Assembly (NCBI RefSeq): GCF_988242995.1 | Contig: NZ_OZ547043.1 | DNA length: 64,000 bases | Direction: 5' to 3' (one strand) | Shown: positions 54,838 to 64,000 of the stretch, piece by piece | Numbering within the stretch: position 1 is the first letter of the stretch | Layout of the letters: the number at the start of each line of letters is the position of its first letter | The notes under the pieces: model-generated | What the model was told of the DNA's origin: nothing | Database searches by the model: none | What the model saw: only the letters and a program-made list of their open reading frames with translations | Position numbers and translations under genes: made by a program

Positions 54838-55950
54838 ATGACCGCCTTAAATAAAAAATGGCTATCGGGTCTGGTTGCGGGTGCTCTGATGGCCGTCTCT
54901 GTCGGCACGCTCGCGGCTGAACAAAAAACACTCCACATTTATAACTGGTCTGATTATATCGCCCCGGACACGGTGGCCAATTTTGAAAAAGAAACCGGTA
55001 TTAAAGTCGTCTACGATGTTTTCGACTCTAACGAAGTACTGGAAGGCAAATTAATGGCGGGTAGCACCGGCTTTGACCTGGTGGTGCCGTCAGCAAGCTT
55101 TCTTGAACGCCAGTTGACTGCGGGAGTTTTCCAGCCGCTGGATAAAAGCAAATTGCCGGAGTGGAAGAATCTCGACCCGGAACTGCTGAAGTTGGTTGCC
55201 AAACACGACCCGGATAATAAATTTGCTATGCCCTATATGTGGGCGACAACCGGGATTGGCTATAACGTCGATAAAGTCAAAGCGGTGCTGGGCGAAAACG
55301 CGCCCGTCGATAGCTGGGACTTGATCCTCAAACCTGAAAATCTGGAAAAACTGAAAAGCTGCGGCGTCTCTTTCCTTGATGCACCGGAAGAAGTGTTTGC
55401 TACCGTGCTGAATTATCTCGGCAAAGATCCCAACAGCACTAAAGCGGATGATTACACCGGACCGGCAACCGATCTGCTGTTAAAGCTGCGCCCGAACATT
55501 CGTTATTTCCATTCATCTCAATACATTAACGACCTGGCAAACGGCGATATTTGCGTCGCTATCGGCTGGGCAGGTGATGTCTGGCAGGCGTCAAACCGCG
55601 CGAAGGAAGCGAAGAATGGCGTTAATGTCTCGTTCTCGATTCCGAAAGAAGGGGCGATGGCGTTCTTTGATGTCTTCGCCATGCCTGCGGATGCCAAAAA
55701 TAAAGACGAAGCCTATCAGTTCCTGAATTACCTGCTGCGCCCGGATGTGGTGGCGCATATTTCCGACCATGTGTTCTATGCCAACGCGAACAAAGAAGCT
55801 ACGCCGCTGGTAAGCGCGGAAGTGCGTGATAATCCAGGGATTTATCCTCCGGCGGACGTTCGTGCGAAGTTGTTCACTCTGAAAGTGCAGGATCCAAAAA
55901 TAGACCGTGTGCGCACCCGCGCGTGGACCAAAGTGAAGAGCGGAAAATAA
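54838..55950 (+). CDS. potF: Putrescine-binding periplasmic protein
   Basis: Start MTALNKKWLSGLVAGALMAVSVGTLAAEQKTLHIYNW...; 370 aa. The track's 50-codon upstream extension is rejected. Confidence 0.95.
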   Translation: MTALNKKWLSGLVAGALMAVSVGTLAAEQKTLHIYNWSDYIAPDTVANFEKETGIKVVYDVFDSNEVLEGKLMAGSTGFDLVVPSASFLERQLTAGVFQPLDKSKLPEWKNLDPELLKLVAKHDPDNKFAMPYMWATTGIGYNVDKVKAVLGENAPVDSWDLILKPENLEKLKSCGVSFLDAPEEVFATVLNYLGKDPNSTKADDYTGPATDLLLKLRPNIRYFHSSQYINDLANGDICVAIGWAGDVWQASNRAKEAKNGVNVSFSIPKEGAMAFFDVFAMPADAKNKDEAYQFLNYLLRPDVVAHISDHVFYANANKEATPLVSAEVRDNPGIYPPADVRAKLFTLKVQDPKIDRVRTRAWTKVKSGK

Positions 55951-56044
55951 TCCGCAGTCGTAGATGCCGGACGGGCGCACCACGCCCGCCGGCAATTCGC
56001 ACCATTATGGTGCGCTTGCACACATTCAATGCCGGAGAGCAGCC

Positions 56045-57178
56045 GTGAATGACGCTATCCCTCGCCCGCAGGCGAAAACCCGTAAGGCGCTGACGCCGCT
56101 ATTAGAAATCCGTAATCTGACTAAATCTTACGATGGTCAGCATGCGGTCGATGATGTCAGCCTGACCATCTATAAAGGCGAAATCTTCGCGCTGCTGGGC
56201 GCATCCGGCTGTGGCAAGTCCACGCTGCTGCGTATGCTGGCAGGTTTCGAACAACCTTCTGCCGGGCAGATTATGCTCGATGGCGTCGATTTGTCACAGG
56301 TTCCGCCTTACCTGCGCCCCATCAATATGATGTTTCAGTCTTACGCGCTGTTTCCGCATATGACCGTGGAACAGAACATCGCTTTTGGCCTGAAACAGGA
56401 CAAACTACCGAAAGCGGAAATTGCCAGCCGGGTCAATGAGATGCTCGGCCTGGTGCATATGCAGGAGTTCGCCAAACGCAAACCGCATCAGCTTTCCGGC
56501 GGTCAGCGACAGCGTGTGGCACTGGCCCGAAGCCTTGCCAAGCGCCCGAAACTATTACTGCTCGATGAGCCTATGGGCGCGCTGGATAAAAAGCTGCGTG
56601 ACCGGATGCAGCTTGAAGTGGTGGATATTCTGGAGCGTGTCGGTGTGACCTGCGTGATGGTTACTCACGATCAGGAAGAGGCGATGACCATGGCGGGGCG
56701 CATCGCCATTATGAATCGTGGGAAATTTGTCCAGATTGGCGAACCGGAAGAGATCTATGAGCATCCGACCACCCGCTATAGCGCTGAATTTATTGGCTCG
56801 GTTAATGTCTTTGAATGTGTACTCAAAGAGCGCCAGGAAGATGGTCTGGTGCTTTATTCGCCGGGGCTGGTGCATCCACTGAAAGTCGATGTAGATGCTT
56901 CGGTGGTCGATAACGTGCCGGTGCATGTGGCGCTTCGCCCGGAAAAAATCATGCTTTGCGATCAACCGCCTGCTGACGGCTACAATTTTGCGGTGGGGGA
57001 GGTGATACACATTGCCTATCTCGGCGATCTTTCGGTGTATCACGTTCGTCTGAAAAGTGGGCAAATGATTAGCGCCCAGCTACAAAACGCCCATCGTCAT
57101 CGTAAAGGGTTACCGACCTGGGGCGATGAAGTGCGTTTGTGCTGGGAAGTGGACAGCTGTGTGGTGCTGACGGTTTAA
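56045..57178 (+). CDS. potG: Putrescine ABC transporter ATP-binding protein
   Basis: GTG start giving MNDAIPRPQAKTRKALTPLLEIRNLTKSYDGQ...; Walker A GASGCGKST; 377 aa. Confidence 0.9.
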   Translation: MNDAIPRPQAKTRKALTPLLEIRNLTKSYDGQHAVDDVSLTIYKGEIFALLGASGCGKSTLLRMLAGFEQPSAGQIMLDGVDLSQVPPYLRPINMMFQSYALFPHMTVEQNIAFGLKQDKLPKAEIASRVNEMLGLVHMQEFAKRKPHQLSGGQRQRVALARSLAKRPKLLLLDEPMGALDKKLRDRMQLEVVDILERVGVTCVMVTHDQEEAMTMAGRIAIMNRGKFVQIGEPEEIYEHPTTRYSAEFIGSVNVFECVLKERQEDGLVLYSPGLVHPLKVDVDASVVDNVPVHVALRPEKIMLCDQPPADGYNFAVGEVIHIAYLGDLSVYHVRLKSGQMISAQLQNAHRHRKGLPTWGDEVRLCWEVDSCVVLTV

Positions 57179-57187
57179 GGAGCAAAA

Positions 57188-58141
57188 ATGAGTACACTTG
57201 AACCTGCTGCCCAGTCGAAACCGCCGGGCGGATTTAAGCTGTGGTTGTCGCAGCTGCAAATGAAGCATGGGCGCAAACTGGTGATTGCGCTGCCGTATAT
57301 CTGGCTAATCCTGCTGTTTCTGCTGCCATTTCTGATTGTCTTTAAAATAAGCCTGGCGGAGATGGCGCGCGCTATTCCACCTTATACCGAACTGATGGAG
57401 TGGGCTGACGGGCAACTTTCCATCACTCTTAATCTCGGTAATTTCCTGCAACTGACCGACGATCCGCTCTATTTCGATGCTTATCTCCAGTCGTTACAGG
57501 TGGCGGCGATTTCGACTATTTGCTGTTTACTGATCGGCTATCCGCTGGCGTGGGCGGTGGCGCACAGTAAGCCTTCGACCCGTAATATCTTATTACTACT
57601 GGTGATCCTGCCGTCGTGGACCTCGTTTCTGATTCGTGTCTACGCCTGGATGGGAATATTAAAAAATAACGGCGTGCTGAATAACTTTCTGCTGTGGCTG
57701 GGGGTTATCGATCAACCGCTGACAATTCTTCATACCAATCTGGCCGTTTATATCGGCATTGTTTACGCCTACGTGCCGTTTATGGTGCTGCCGATTTATA
57801 CCGCGTTGATTCGTATTGATTATTCGCTGGTGGAAGCAGCACTGGATCTCGGTGCACGACCGCTGAAAACGTTCTTTACTGTGATCGTGCCGCTGACCAA
57901 AGGGGGGATTATTGCCGGATCGATGCTGGTATTTATCCCGGCTGTGGGCGAGTTTGTGATCCCGGAACTGCTCGGTGGCCCGGACAGCATCATGATCGGG
58001 CGCGTGCTGTGGCAGGAGTTCTTTAACAACCGCGACTGGCCGGTGGCCTCGGCGGTAGCGATCATCATGTTGCTGCTGCTAATTGTGCCGATAATGTGGT
58101 TCCACAAACACCAGCAAAAAAGCGTGGGAGAACACGGATGA
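57188..58141 (+). CDS. potH: Putrescine ABC transporter permease
   Basis: 317-aa permease; matches PotH. Confidence 0.95.
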   Translation: MSTLEPAAQSKPPGGFKLWLSQLQMKHGRKLVIALPYIWLILLFLLPFLIVFKISLAEMARAIPPYTELMEWADGQLSITLNLGNFLQLTDDPLYFDAYLQSLQVAAISTICCLLIGYPLAWAVAHSKPSTRNILLLLVILPSWTSFLIRVYAWMGILKNNGVLNNFLLWLGVIDQPLTILHTNLAVYIGIVYAYVPFMVLPIYTALIRIDYSLVEAALDLGARPLKTFFTVIVPLTKGGIIAGSMLVFIPAVGEFVIPELLGGPDSIMIGRVLWQEFFNNRDWPVASAVAIIMLLLLIVPIMWFHKHQQKSVGEHG

Positions 58142-58983
58142 ATAATTTACCGGTAGTTCGTTCGCCCTGGCGGATTGTGATTTTGCTGCTGGGCTTCACC
58201 TTTCTCTACGCGCCAATGCTGATGCTGGTGATCTATTCATTCAACAGCTCGAAGCTGGTGACGGTGTGGGCCGGCTGGTCAACGCGCTGGTATGGCGAAT
58301 TATTGCGCGATGACGCGATGATGAGTGCGGTTGGTTTAAGCCTGACAATTGCGGCCTGTGCGGCGACGGCGGCGGCGATCCTCGGGACGATTGCGGCGGT
58401 GGTGCTGGTGCGCTTTGGCAGGTTTCGCGGATCAAATGGTTTTGCCTTTATGATCACCGCGCCGCTGGTGATGCCAGATGTCATCACGGGCTTGTCGCTA
58501 TTGTTGTTATTCGTCGCGCTTGCTCATGCCATTGGCTGGCCTGCGGACCGCGGTATGCTCACCATCTGGCTGGCGCATGTCACTTTCTGTACGGCTTATG
58601 TGGCAGTCGTTATTTCGTCGCGTCTGCGGGAACTGGATAGCTCGATAGAAGAAGCAGCGATGGATCTTGGTGCGACGCCACTGAAAGTGTTTTTCGTCAT
58701 TACGCTACCGATGATCATGCCCGCGATCATTTCTGGCTGGTTACTGGCTTTTACTTTGTCGCTTGATGATCTGGTTATCGCCAGCTTTGTTTCCGGGCCG
58801 GGAGCCACCACGTTACCGATGCTGGTCTTTTCCAGCGTGCGGATGGGGGTGAATCCGGAAATCAACGCCCTGGCAACATTGATCCTCGGTGCGGTCGGAA
58901 TTGTCGGATTTATCGCCTGGTATCTGATGGCTCGCGCAGAAAAACAGCGGATACGCGACATCCAGCGTGCAAGACGTGGCTGA
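58138..58983 (+). CDS. potI: Putrescine ABC transporter permease
   Basis: Start MNNLPVVRSPWRIVILLLGF... overlapping the potH stop (ATGA); 281 aa. Confidence 0.95.
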   Translation: MNNLPVVRSPWRIVILLLGFTFLYAPMLMLVIYSFNSSKLVTVWAGWSTRWYGELLRDDAMMSAVGLSLTIAACAATAAAILGTIAAVVLVRFGRFRGSNGFAFMITAPLVMPDVITGLSLLLLFVALAHAIGWPADRGMLTIWLAHVTFCTAYVAVVISSRLRELDSSIEEAAMDLGATPLKVFFVITLPMIMPAIISGWLLAFTLSLDDLVIASFVSGPGATTLPMLVFSSVRMGVNPEINALATLILGAVGIVGFIAWYLMARAEKQRIRDIQRARRG

Positions 58984-59042
58984 AGACACTAAAATTTGCC
59001 AACCTGGCTACATAATGCCGCGCATGTCGCGGCATTGTTTTC

Positions 59043-59531
59043 ATGGAAGACGAAACGTTGGGATTTTTTAAGAAAACATCTTCATCTCATGCTCGCCTGA
59101 ATGTGCCTGCGCTGGTGCAGGTGGCGGCGCTCGCCATTATTATGATCCGTGGCCTCGACGTGCTGATGATTTTCAATACGCTGGGCGTGCGCGGTATTGG
59201 CGAGTTCATTCATCGCAGCGTACAAACCTGGAGTCTAACGCTGGTCTTTTTAAGCAGTCTGGTGTTGGTTTTTATTGAGATCTGGTGTGCGTTTTCACTG
59301 GTGAAAGGGCGTCGCTGGGCGCGCTGGCTGTATCTGTTGACACAAATCACGGCCGCAAGTTACTTGTGGGCGGCTTCGCTGGGGTATGGTTATCCGGAGC
59401 TGTTCAGCATTCCCGGTGAATCAAAACGTGAAATCTTCCATAGCCTGATGCTGCAGAAGCTGCCGGATATGCTCATCCTGATGCTGCTGTTCGTTCCCTC
59501 GACCAGTCGGCGGTTCTTCCAGTTGCAATAA
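59043..59531 (+). CDS. ybjO: Inner membrane protein
   Basis: 162-aa hydrophobic ORF; matches YbjO. Confidence 0.85.
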   Translation: MEDETLGFFKKTSSSHARLNVPALVQVAALAIIMIRGLDVLMIFNTLGVRGIGEFIHRSVQTWSLTLVFLSSLVLVFIEIWCAFSLVKGRRWARWLYLLTQITAASYLWAASLGYGYPELFSIPGESKREIFHSLMLQKLPDMLILMLLFVPSTSRRFFQLQ

Positions 59532-59571
59532 TGTGTATAATCGTCGCCCCTGATGATGTGAAGGTCAATGT

Positions 59572-60699
59572 ATGCAGTGCGCACTTTACGACGCGGGTCG
59601 CTGTCGTTCCTGTCAGTGGATAACGCAGCCGATTCCAGAGCAACTCTCCGCTAAAACCGCCGATCTTAAAAATCTGCTCGCCGACTTTCCGGTTGAGGAA
59701 TGGTGCGCGCCGGTGTCAGGCCCGGAACAAGGGTTTCGTAATAAAGCCAAAATGGTGGTGAGTGGTAGCGTTGAAAAAACACTGCTCGGTATGCTGCATC
59801 GAGACGGCACACCAGAAGACCTTTGTGACTGCCCGCTTTATCCTGACTCATTTGCGCCCGTTTTTGCGGCGCTAAAACCGTTTATCGCCCGAGCGGGGTT
59901 AACGCCCTACAACGTGGCGCGTAAGCGTGGCGAACTGAAATACATTCTGCTGACTGAAAGCCAGAGCGATGGCGGCATGATGCTGCGCTTTGTACTGCGT
60001 TCTGATACCAAGCTGGCGCAACTGCGTAAGGCGCTGCCGTGGTTACAGGAACAACTACCGCAGCTGAAAGTTATTACCGTCAATATTCAGCCGGTACATA
60101 TGGCGATTATGGAAGGGGAGACGGAGATCTACCTGACTGAACAACAGGCGCTGGCAGAGCGTTTTAATGACGTACCGCTGTGGATCCGTCCGCAAAGTTT
60201 CTTCCAGACTAATCCGGCGGTCGCCAGCCAGTTGTACGCCACCGCGCGCGACTGGGTACGACAGCTGCCGGTTAAACATATGTGGGATCTGTTCTGCGGC
60301 GTGGGGGGCTTTGGTTTACACTGCGCGACGCCTGACATGCAGTTAACCGGGATCGAAATTGCACCAGAGGCCATTGCCTGTGCGAAGCAGTCAGCCGCTG
60401 AACTGGGCTTAACGCGTTTGCAATTTCAGGCGCTGGACTCCACTCAGTTTGCCACCGCCCAGGGGGAAGTGCCTGAGCTGGTGCTGGTTAACCCGCCGCG
60501 CCGCGGCATTGGTAAACCGCTGTGTGATTATCTCTCAACGATGGCACCGCGTTTTATTATCTACTCCAGCTGTAACGCCCAAACCATGGCGAAAGATATC
60601 CGCGAACTGCCAGGTTACCGCATCGAACGGGTACAGCTTTTTGATATGTTCCCGCACACCGCGCACTATGAAGTGCTGACGCTGCTGGTGAAGCAATAA
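59572..60699 (+). CDS. rlmC: 23S rRNA (uracil747-C5)-methyltransferase
   Basis: N-terminal Fe-S Cys cluster ([14 protein letters not shown]) and a SAM-dependent methyltransferase fold; 375 aa; matches RlmC/RumB. Confidence 0.9.
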   Translation: MQCALYDAGRCRSCQWITQPIPEQLSAKTADLKNLLADFPVEEWCAPVSGPEQGFRNKAKMVVSGSVEKTLLGMLHRDGTPEDLCDCPLYPDSFAPVFAALKPFIARAGLTPYNVARKRGELKYILLTESQSDGGMMLRFVLRSDTKLAQLRKALPWLQEQLPQLKVITVNIQPVHMAIMEGETEIYLTEQQALAERFNDVPLWIRPQSFFQTNPAVASQLYATARDWVRQLPVKHMWDLFCGVGGFGLHCATPDMQLTGIEIAPEAIACAKQSAAELGLTRLQFQALDSTQFATAQGEVPELVLVNPPRRGIGKPLCDYLSTMAPRFIIYSSCNAQTMAKDIRELPGYRIERVQLFDMFPHTAHYEVLTLLVKQ

Positions 60700-60721
60700 A
60701 AAAGCCGCAGGTGCGGCTTTC
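60698..60721. terminator. Bidirectional rho-independent terminator between rlmC and artJ
   Basis: AAAAAAGCCGCA-gg-TGCGGCTTTCT hairpin directly after the rlmC stop. Confidence 0.75.
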
Positions 60722-60727
60722 TGAATC

Positions 60728-61459
60728 TTACTGCGGGAACCACTGGTCATTGATTTTCTGATATGTACCGTCAGCTTTAATTGCTGCCAGCGCATTATTC
60801 AGTTTTTCCAGCAGAGCTTTGTTATCCGGACGTACAGCGATACCCAGGCCGGTGCCGAAGTACTGCGGATCGGTCACTTTCTCAGTCGCAACGCCCAGTT
60901 GTGGATTGGTTTTCAGCCATTCGTTTACCACCGCTGTGTCACCAAATACCCCATCAATACGACCATTTTTCAGGTCGATAAAGGCATTCTGATAACTGTC
61001 ATAGGAGACAGTTTTCACTTCCGGGTGCTGATCCTGAATATATTTCTGGTGCGTGGTGCCGTTTTCCATCCCAATACGTTTGCCTTTCAGATCGGCAAAC
61101 GTTTTGTAGGTATCTTTTTTGGCAATCACGACGGCTGAGTTTTCATAGTAGGGCGTGGTAAAAGATACCTGTTTGCTACGCTCCGGGGTGATATCCATAC
61201 CGGAGATTACGGCGTCATATTTTCTGAATTTCAGTGACGGGATCAGGCTGTCGAACGCGTGATTAGTAAAAGTACATTCTGCCTGCATTTGTTTGCACAA
61301 GGCTTTTGCCAGATCGATATCAAAGCCGACAATCTCATTATTAGCACCTATAGATTCAAAGGGTGGATAGGTGGCTGAAACGCCAAAATTGATTTTCTCT
61401 GCGGCAGAAGCACCGAAAGTAAAGGAAGCAAGTAAAGCGGCAAGAACTAACTTTTTCAT
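60728..61459 (-). CDS. artJ: Arginine-binding periplasmic protein 2
   Basis: Start MKKLVLAALLASFTFGASAA; 243 aa; paralogue of artI, which is also in this window. Confidence 0.9.
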   Translation of the reverse strand: MKKLVLAALLASFTFGASAAEKINFGVSATYPPFESIGANNEIVGFDIDLAKALCKQMQAECTFTNHAFDSLIPSLKFRKYDAVISGMDITPERSKQVSFTTPYYENSAVVIAKKDTYKTFADLKGKRIGMENGTTHQKYIQDQHPEVKTVSYDSYQNAFIDLKNGRIDGVFGDTAVVNEWLKTNPQLGVATEKVTDPQYFGTGLGIAVRPDNKALLEKLNNALAAIKADGTYQKINDQWFPQ

Positions 61460-61528
61460 GATGGAACTCCCGTCTGTCAATCTTATGATTTTTGGCCGTG
61501 TCTGCGGCATGGGATAACAATGCCATCA

Positions 61529-61569
61529 AGTGAATTTATATGCAATAAATATGATTAAATAATTTACAT
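61529..61569. promoter_or_regulatory. Candidate ArgR operator (tandem ARG-box-like sequences) upstream of artJ
   Basis: AGTGAATTTATATGCAAT and AATATGATTAAATAATTTACAT resemble the ARG box (TNTGAAT-W4-ATTCANW) and lie 70-110 bp upstream of the artJ ATG. Confidence 0.45.
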
Positions 61570-61573
61570 GAAA

Positions 61574-61609
61574 TAAAAAAAGACGGACAACTTAGTGGGT
61601 TGTCCGTCT
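61574..61609 (-). terminator. Rho-independent terminator at the end of the artPIQM operon
   Basis: Minus strand: AGACGGACAAC-ccactaa-GUUGUCCGUCU followed by UUUUUUUAUUU. Confidence 0.7.
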
Positions 61610-61634
61610 TCATTATAAGAATTTATGCACTATG

Positions 61635-61669
61635 CAGGTCGGGTAAGACGTCCACGACGCATCCGGCAT
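61635..61669. repeat. REP element (Y-type) just downstream of artM
   Basis: Reverse complement ATGCCGGATGCGTCGTGGACGTCTTACCCGACCTG matches the REP consensus GCCGGATGCGGCGTGAACGCCTTATCCGGCCTAC at most positions. Confidence 0.55.
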
Positions 61670-61684
61670 CAGCACGAAGCCACA

Positions 61685-62353
61685 TTAATTCCGCCGTTCG
61701 AATGCCAGTGCTTTGCGCTCGATCAGACGCATCATCAGCGTCAGCAGACCGTTAACAATCAGGTAAATAATCCCTGCCGCACCGAACACCATGACATCGT
61801 AGGTGCGTCCGTACAACAACTGGCTATATCCCATCACTTCCATCAGCGTAATGGTGTAAGCCAGAGAGGTACTTTTGAACACCAGCACCACTTCGTTGGA
61901 ATAAGAAGAGAGCGAGCGTTTAAAGGCATACGGCAGCAGGATCGCCAGCGTATCTTTTTTGCTCATTCCCAGAGCGCTACAGGACTGCCACTGACCTTCC
62001 GGGATCGCACGAATTGCACCGTAAAACAGCTGCGTGGTATATGCTGCACTGTTCAGCGACAACGCAATCAGTGCGCATAACCACGGTTCTGACAACAGAT
62101 GCCACAGTGCCGGATACTTCTGCAACGTTGGGAACTGGCCCGGCCCGTAATAAATCAGGAAGATCTGCACCAGCAGCGGCGTACCGGTAAACAGCGTGAT
62201 ATAACCCCGCACCAGCCACACCAGCACCGGCGTTTTCAGCGTCAGGATGATGGTAAAAATCAACGCCAGAATCAGTGCCACAATCAGCGAGGCAACGGTT
62301 AGCGTCAAGCTGGTGTGCAGCCCTTTCATCAGTTCGGGTAAATACTCAAACAT
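61685..62353 (-). CDS. artM: Arginine ABC transporter permease
   Basis: 222-aa permease; matches ArtM. Confidence 0.95.
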   Translation of the reverse strand: MFEYLPELMKGLHTSLTLTVASLIVALILALIFTIILTLKTPVLVWLVRGYITLFTGTPLLVQIFLIYYGPGQFPTLQKYPALWHLLSEPWLCALIALSLNSAAYTTQLFYGAIRAIPEGQWQSCSALGMSKKDTLAILLPYAFKRSLSSYSNEVVLVFKSTSLAYTITLMEVMGYSQLLYGRTYDVMVFGAAGIIYLIVNGLLTLMMRLIERKALAFERRN

Positions 62354-63069
62354 TAGCTGGGCCTCCGCTCAAAACGTGTCGCGCGCAGGTCAATGCGTTT
62401 GAGAATGTACTGACTGAGCAGGGTGATCACCAGGTAAATCGCCGCCGCCACAATGTACCAGGTAAATGGTTCCTGGGTACGGGTAGCGATGCTTTTGGTT
62501 TGTAGCATTAAATCATTCACACTAATCAAACTGACCAGCGCGGTATCTTTCAGCAGCACCAGCCACTGGTTACCGAGACCAGGCAGCGCATGACGCCACA
62601 TCTGCGGCATCACCAGACGGAAAAAGATAGCCGATTTCGACAGCCCCAGCGCCTGGCCGGATTCCCACTGACCCATCGGCACCGCTTTCAACGCGCCGCG
62701 CAGCGTTTGCGAGGCATAGGCGGCATACAGCAGCGACAGAGCGATGACACCACAAAGGAACGGGCTAACGTCGAAGTTCTCAATGTCCATCTGCACCGGG
62801 ATCTGCACGAACCCAAGATTGATAGTGAAGCCATCCGAAAGCGTCAGCAGCAGCTGCGAGGAGCCAAAATAGATAAACAGCACCACCAGAATTTCTGGCA
62901 GGCCACGCAGAATGGTTACCAGCGCTGAACCTGCCCACGCGACAGGACGCCATTTTGCCGACTCCCATACCGCAAAGAACATCGCCAGCGCCAGCCCGAC
63001 AATCAATGCACAAACGGCAAGGCCGACGGTCATCCCGGCGGCGCTTGCTAAAGGAAAAAATTCATTCAT
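62353..63069 (-). CDS. artQ: Arginine ABC transporter permease
   Basis: 238-aa permease whose stop overlaps the artM start; matches ArtQ. Confidence 0.95.
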   Translation of the reverse strand: MNEFFPLASAAGMTVGLAVCALIVGLALAMFFAVWESAKWRPVAWAGSALVTILRGLPEILVVLFIYFGSSQLLLTLSDGFTINLGFVQIPVQMDIENFDVSPFLCGVIALSLLYAAYASQTLRGALKAVPMGQWESGQALGLSKSAIFFRLVMPQMWRHALPGLGNQWLVLLKDTALVSLISVNDLMLQTKSIATRTQEPFTWYIVAAAIYLVITLLSQYILKRIDLRATRFERRPS

Positions 63070-63075
63070 CAGGAA

Positions 63076-63807
63076 TTACTTCTGGAACCATTTGTTATAG
63101 ATGGTTTCGTAAGTGCCATCTTTCTTCACTTTTTCCAGCGCAGTGTTGAGTTTCTGCTGCAGTTCAGTGTTGCCCTGACGTACCGCGATGCCGAGGCCAG
63201 TACCGAAATAATCTTTATCGGTCACTTTATCGCCCACTGCCGCCAGTTTCGGGTTGTCTTTCAGCCACTCGGTGACCACTGCAGTGTCACCGAATACGCT
63301 GTCGATACGACCGTTTTGCAGATCCAGTTTTGCGTTCTGGTAGCTGTCATACGGAACGGTGGTGATTTCCGGGTGCTTATCCATAATGAACTTCTGGTGT
63401 GTCGTCCCGTTCTGAACGCCGACTTTTTTGCCTTTCAGCTGATCAACACTGGTGTATTTGCCTTGCTGACCCACAAACAGGGCAGAGTTGTCATAGTACG
63501 GCGTGGTAAACAGCACCTGCTTTTCACGCTCCGGAGTGATATCCATGCCCGCCATCACTGCTTCTACGCGACGGAATTTCAGGCTTGGGATCAGGCTGTC
63601 AAACGCCTGGTTAGAGAAAGTACAGGTTGCATCAATCTCTTTACACAGTGCCTGTGCCAGGTCGACGTCAAAACCAACGATCTGGTTGTTTGCATCAATC
63701 GATTCAAACGGAGGATAGGAGGCTTCGGTAGCAAAACGAATAGTTTCGGCAGCTGTGGCGGAAAGACTAAAACCTGCAATTAACGCGGCAATCAGAACTT
63801 TTTTCAT
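63076..63807 (-). CDS. artI: Arginine-binding periplasmic protein 1
   Basis: 243-aa ORF MKKVLIAALIAGFSLSATAA...; matches ArtI. Confidence 0.95.
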   Translation of the reverse strand: MKKVLIAALIAGFSLSATAAETIRFATEASYPPFESIDANNQIVGFDVDLAQALCKEIDATCTFSNQAFDSLIPSLKFRRVEAVMAGMDITPEREKQVLFTTPYYDNSALFVGQQGKYTSVDQLKGKKVGVQNGTTHQKFIMDKHPEITTVPYDSYQNAKLDLQNGRIDSVFGDTAVVTEWLKDNPKLAAVGDKVTDKDYFGTGLGIAVRQGNTELQQKLNTALEKVKKDGTYETIYNKWFQK

Positions 63808-63824
63808 TGTTGTTATCCCGAATA

Positions 63825-64000
63825 TTAGTGAGAGAGATAGTTTTTAAATGCTTCGGTTTGCGGCTCGGTAAAGCAGCTCGCGTCGCCTTGTTCTACGATA
63901 TGACCGTTTTCCATATACACTACTCGGCTGGCGGTTTTACGCGCCACTTCAACTTCGTGGGTGACGATCACCTGGGTAATATTCGTTTCTGCCAACTCAC
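63825..64000 (-). CDS. artP: Arginine ABC transporter ATP-binding protein, C-terminal part only (gene runs off the window end)
   Basis: Minus-strand frame ends ...[14 protein letters not shown] with the stop at 63825-63827; the upstream part contains ...[36 protein letters not shown]. Confidence 0.85.

Overview
This window is recognisably an Escherichia coli chromosomal segment, collinear with the K-12 map from ybiO/glnQPH through to artP. All gene identities come from my recognition of the translated ORFs and from sequence motifs read directly; no database search was run. The backbone carries about 55 housekeeping genes plus the small protein gene mntS and the sRNA RybB, neither of which the ORF track alone would reveal. 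Three places depart from what I recall of K-12 MG1655 and are the main points of interest: (1) a roughly 5.2 kb three-gene sugar-utilisation island between ybiT and ybiU (LacI-family regulator divergent from an anion:cation-symporter MFS transporter and a cytoplasmic GH31 alpha-glycosidase, substrate unknown); (2) a roughly 1 kb toxin-first type II toxin-antitoxin pair between dgcI and rimO, with a 26-bp palindrome directly upstream; (3) yliI, which is split into two frames and looks like a pseudogene. The most novel sequence-level observation is a 13-nt motif, TTTCGAATGAAAG, present once in each of three successive intergenic regions of the ybiU-ybiV-ybiW-ybiY/fsaA glycyl-radical-enzyme cluster, next to an FNR-like site. 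No CRISPR array, IS element, integrase, tRNA or rRNA gene was seen.
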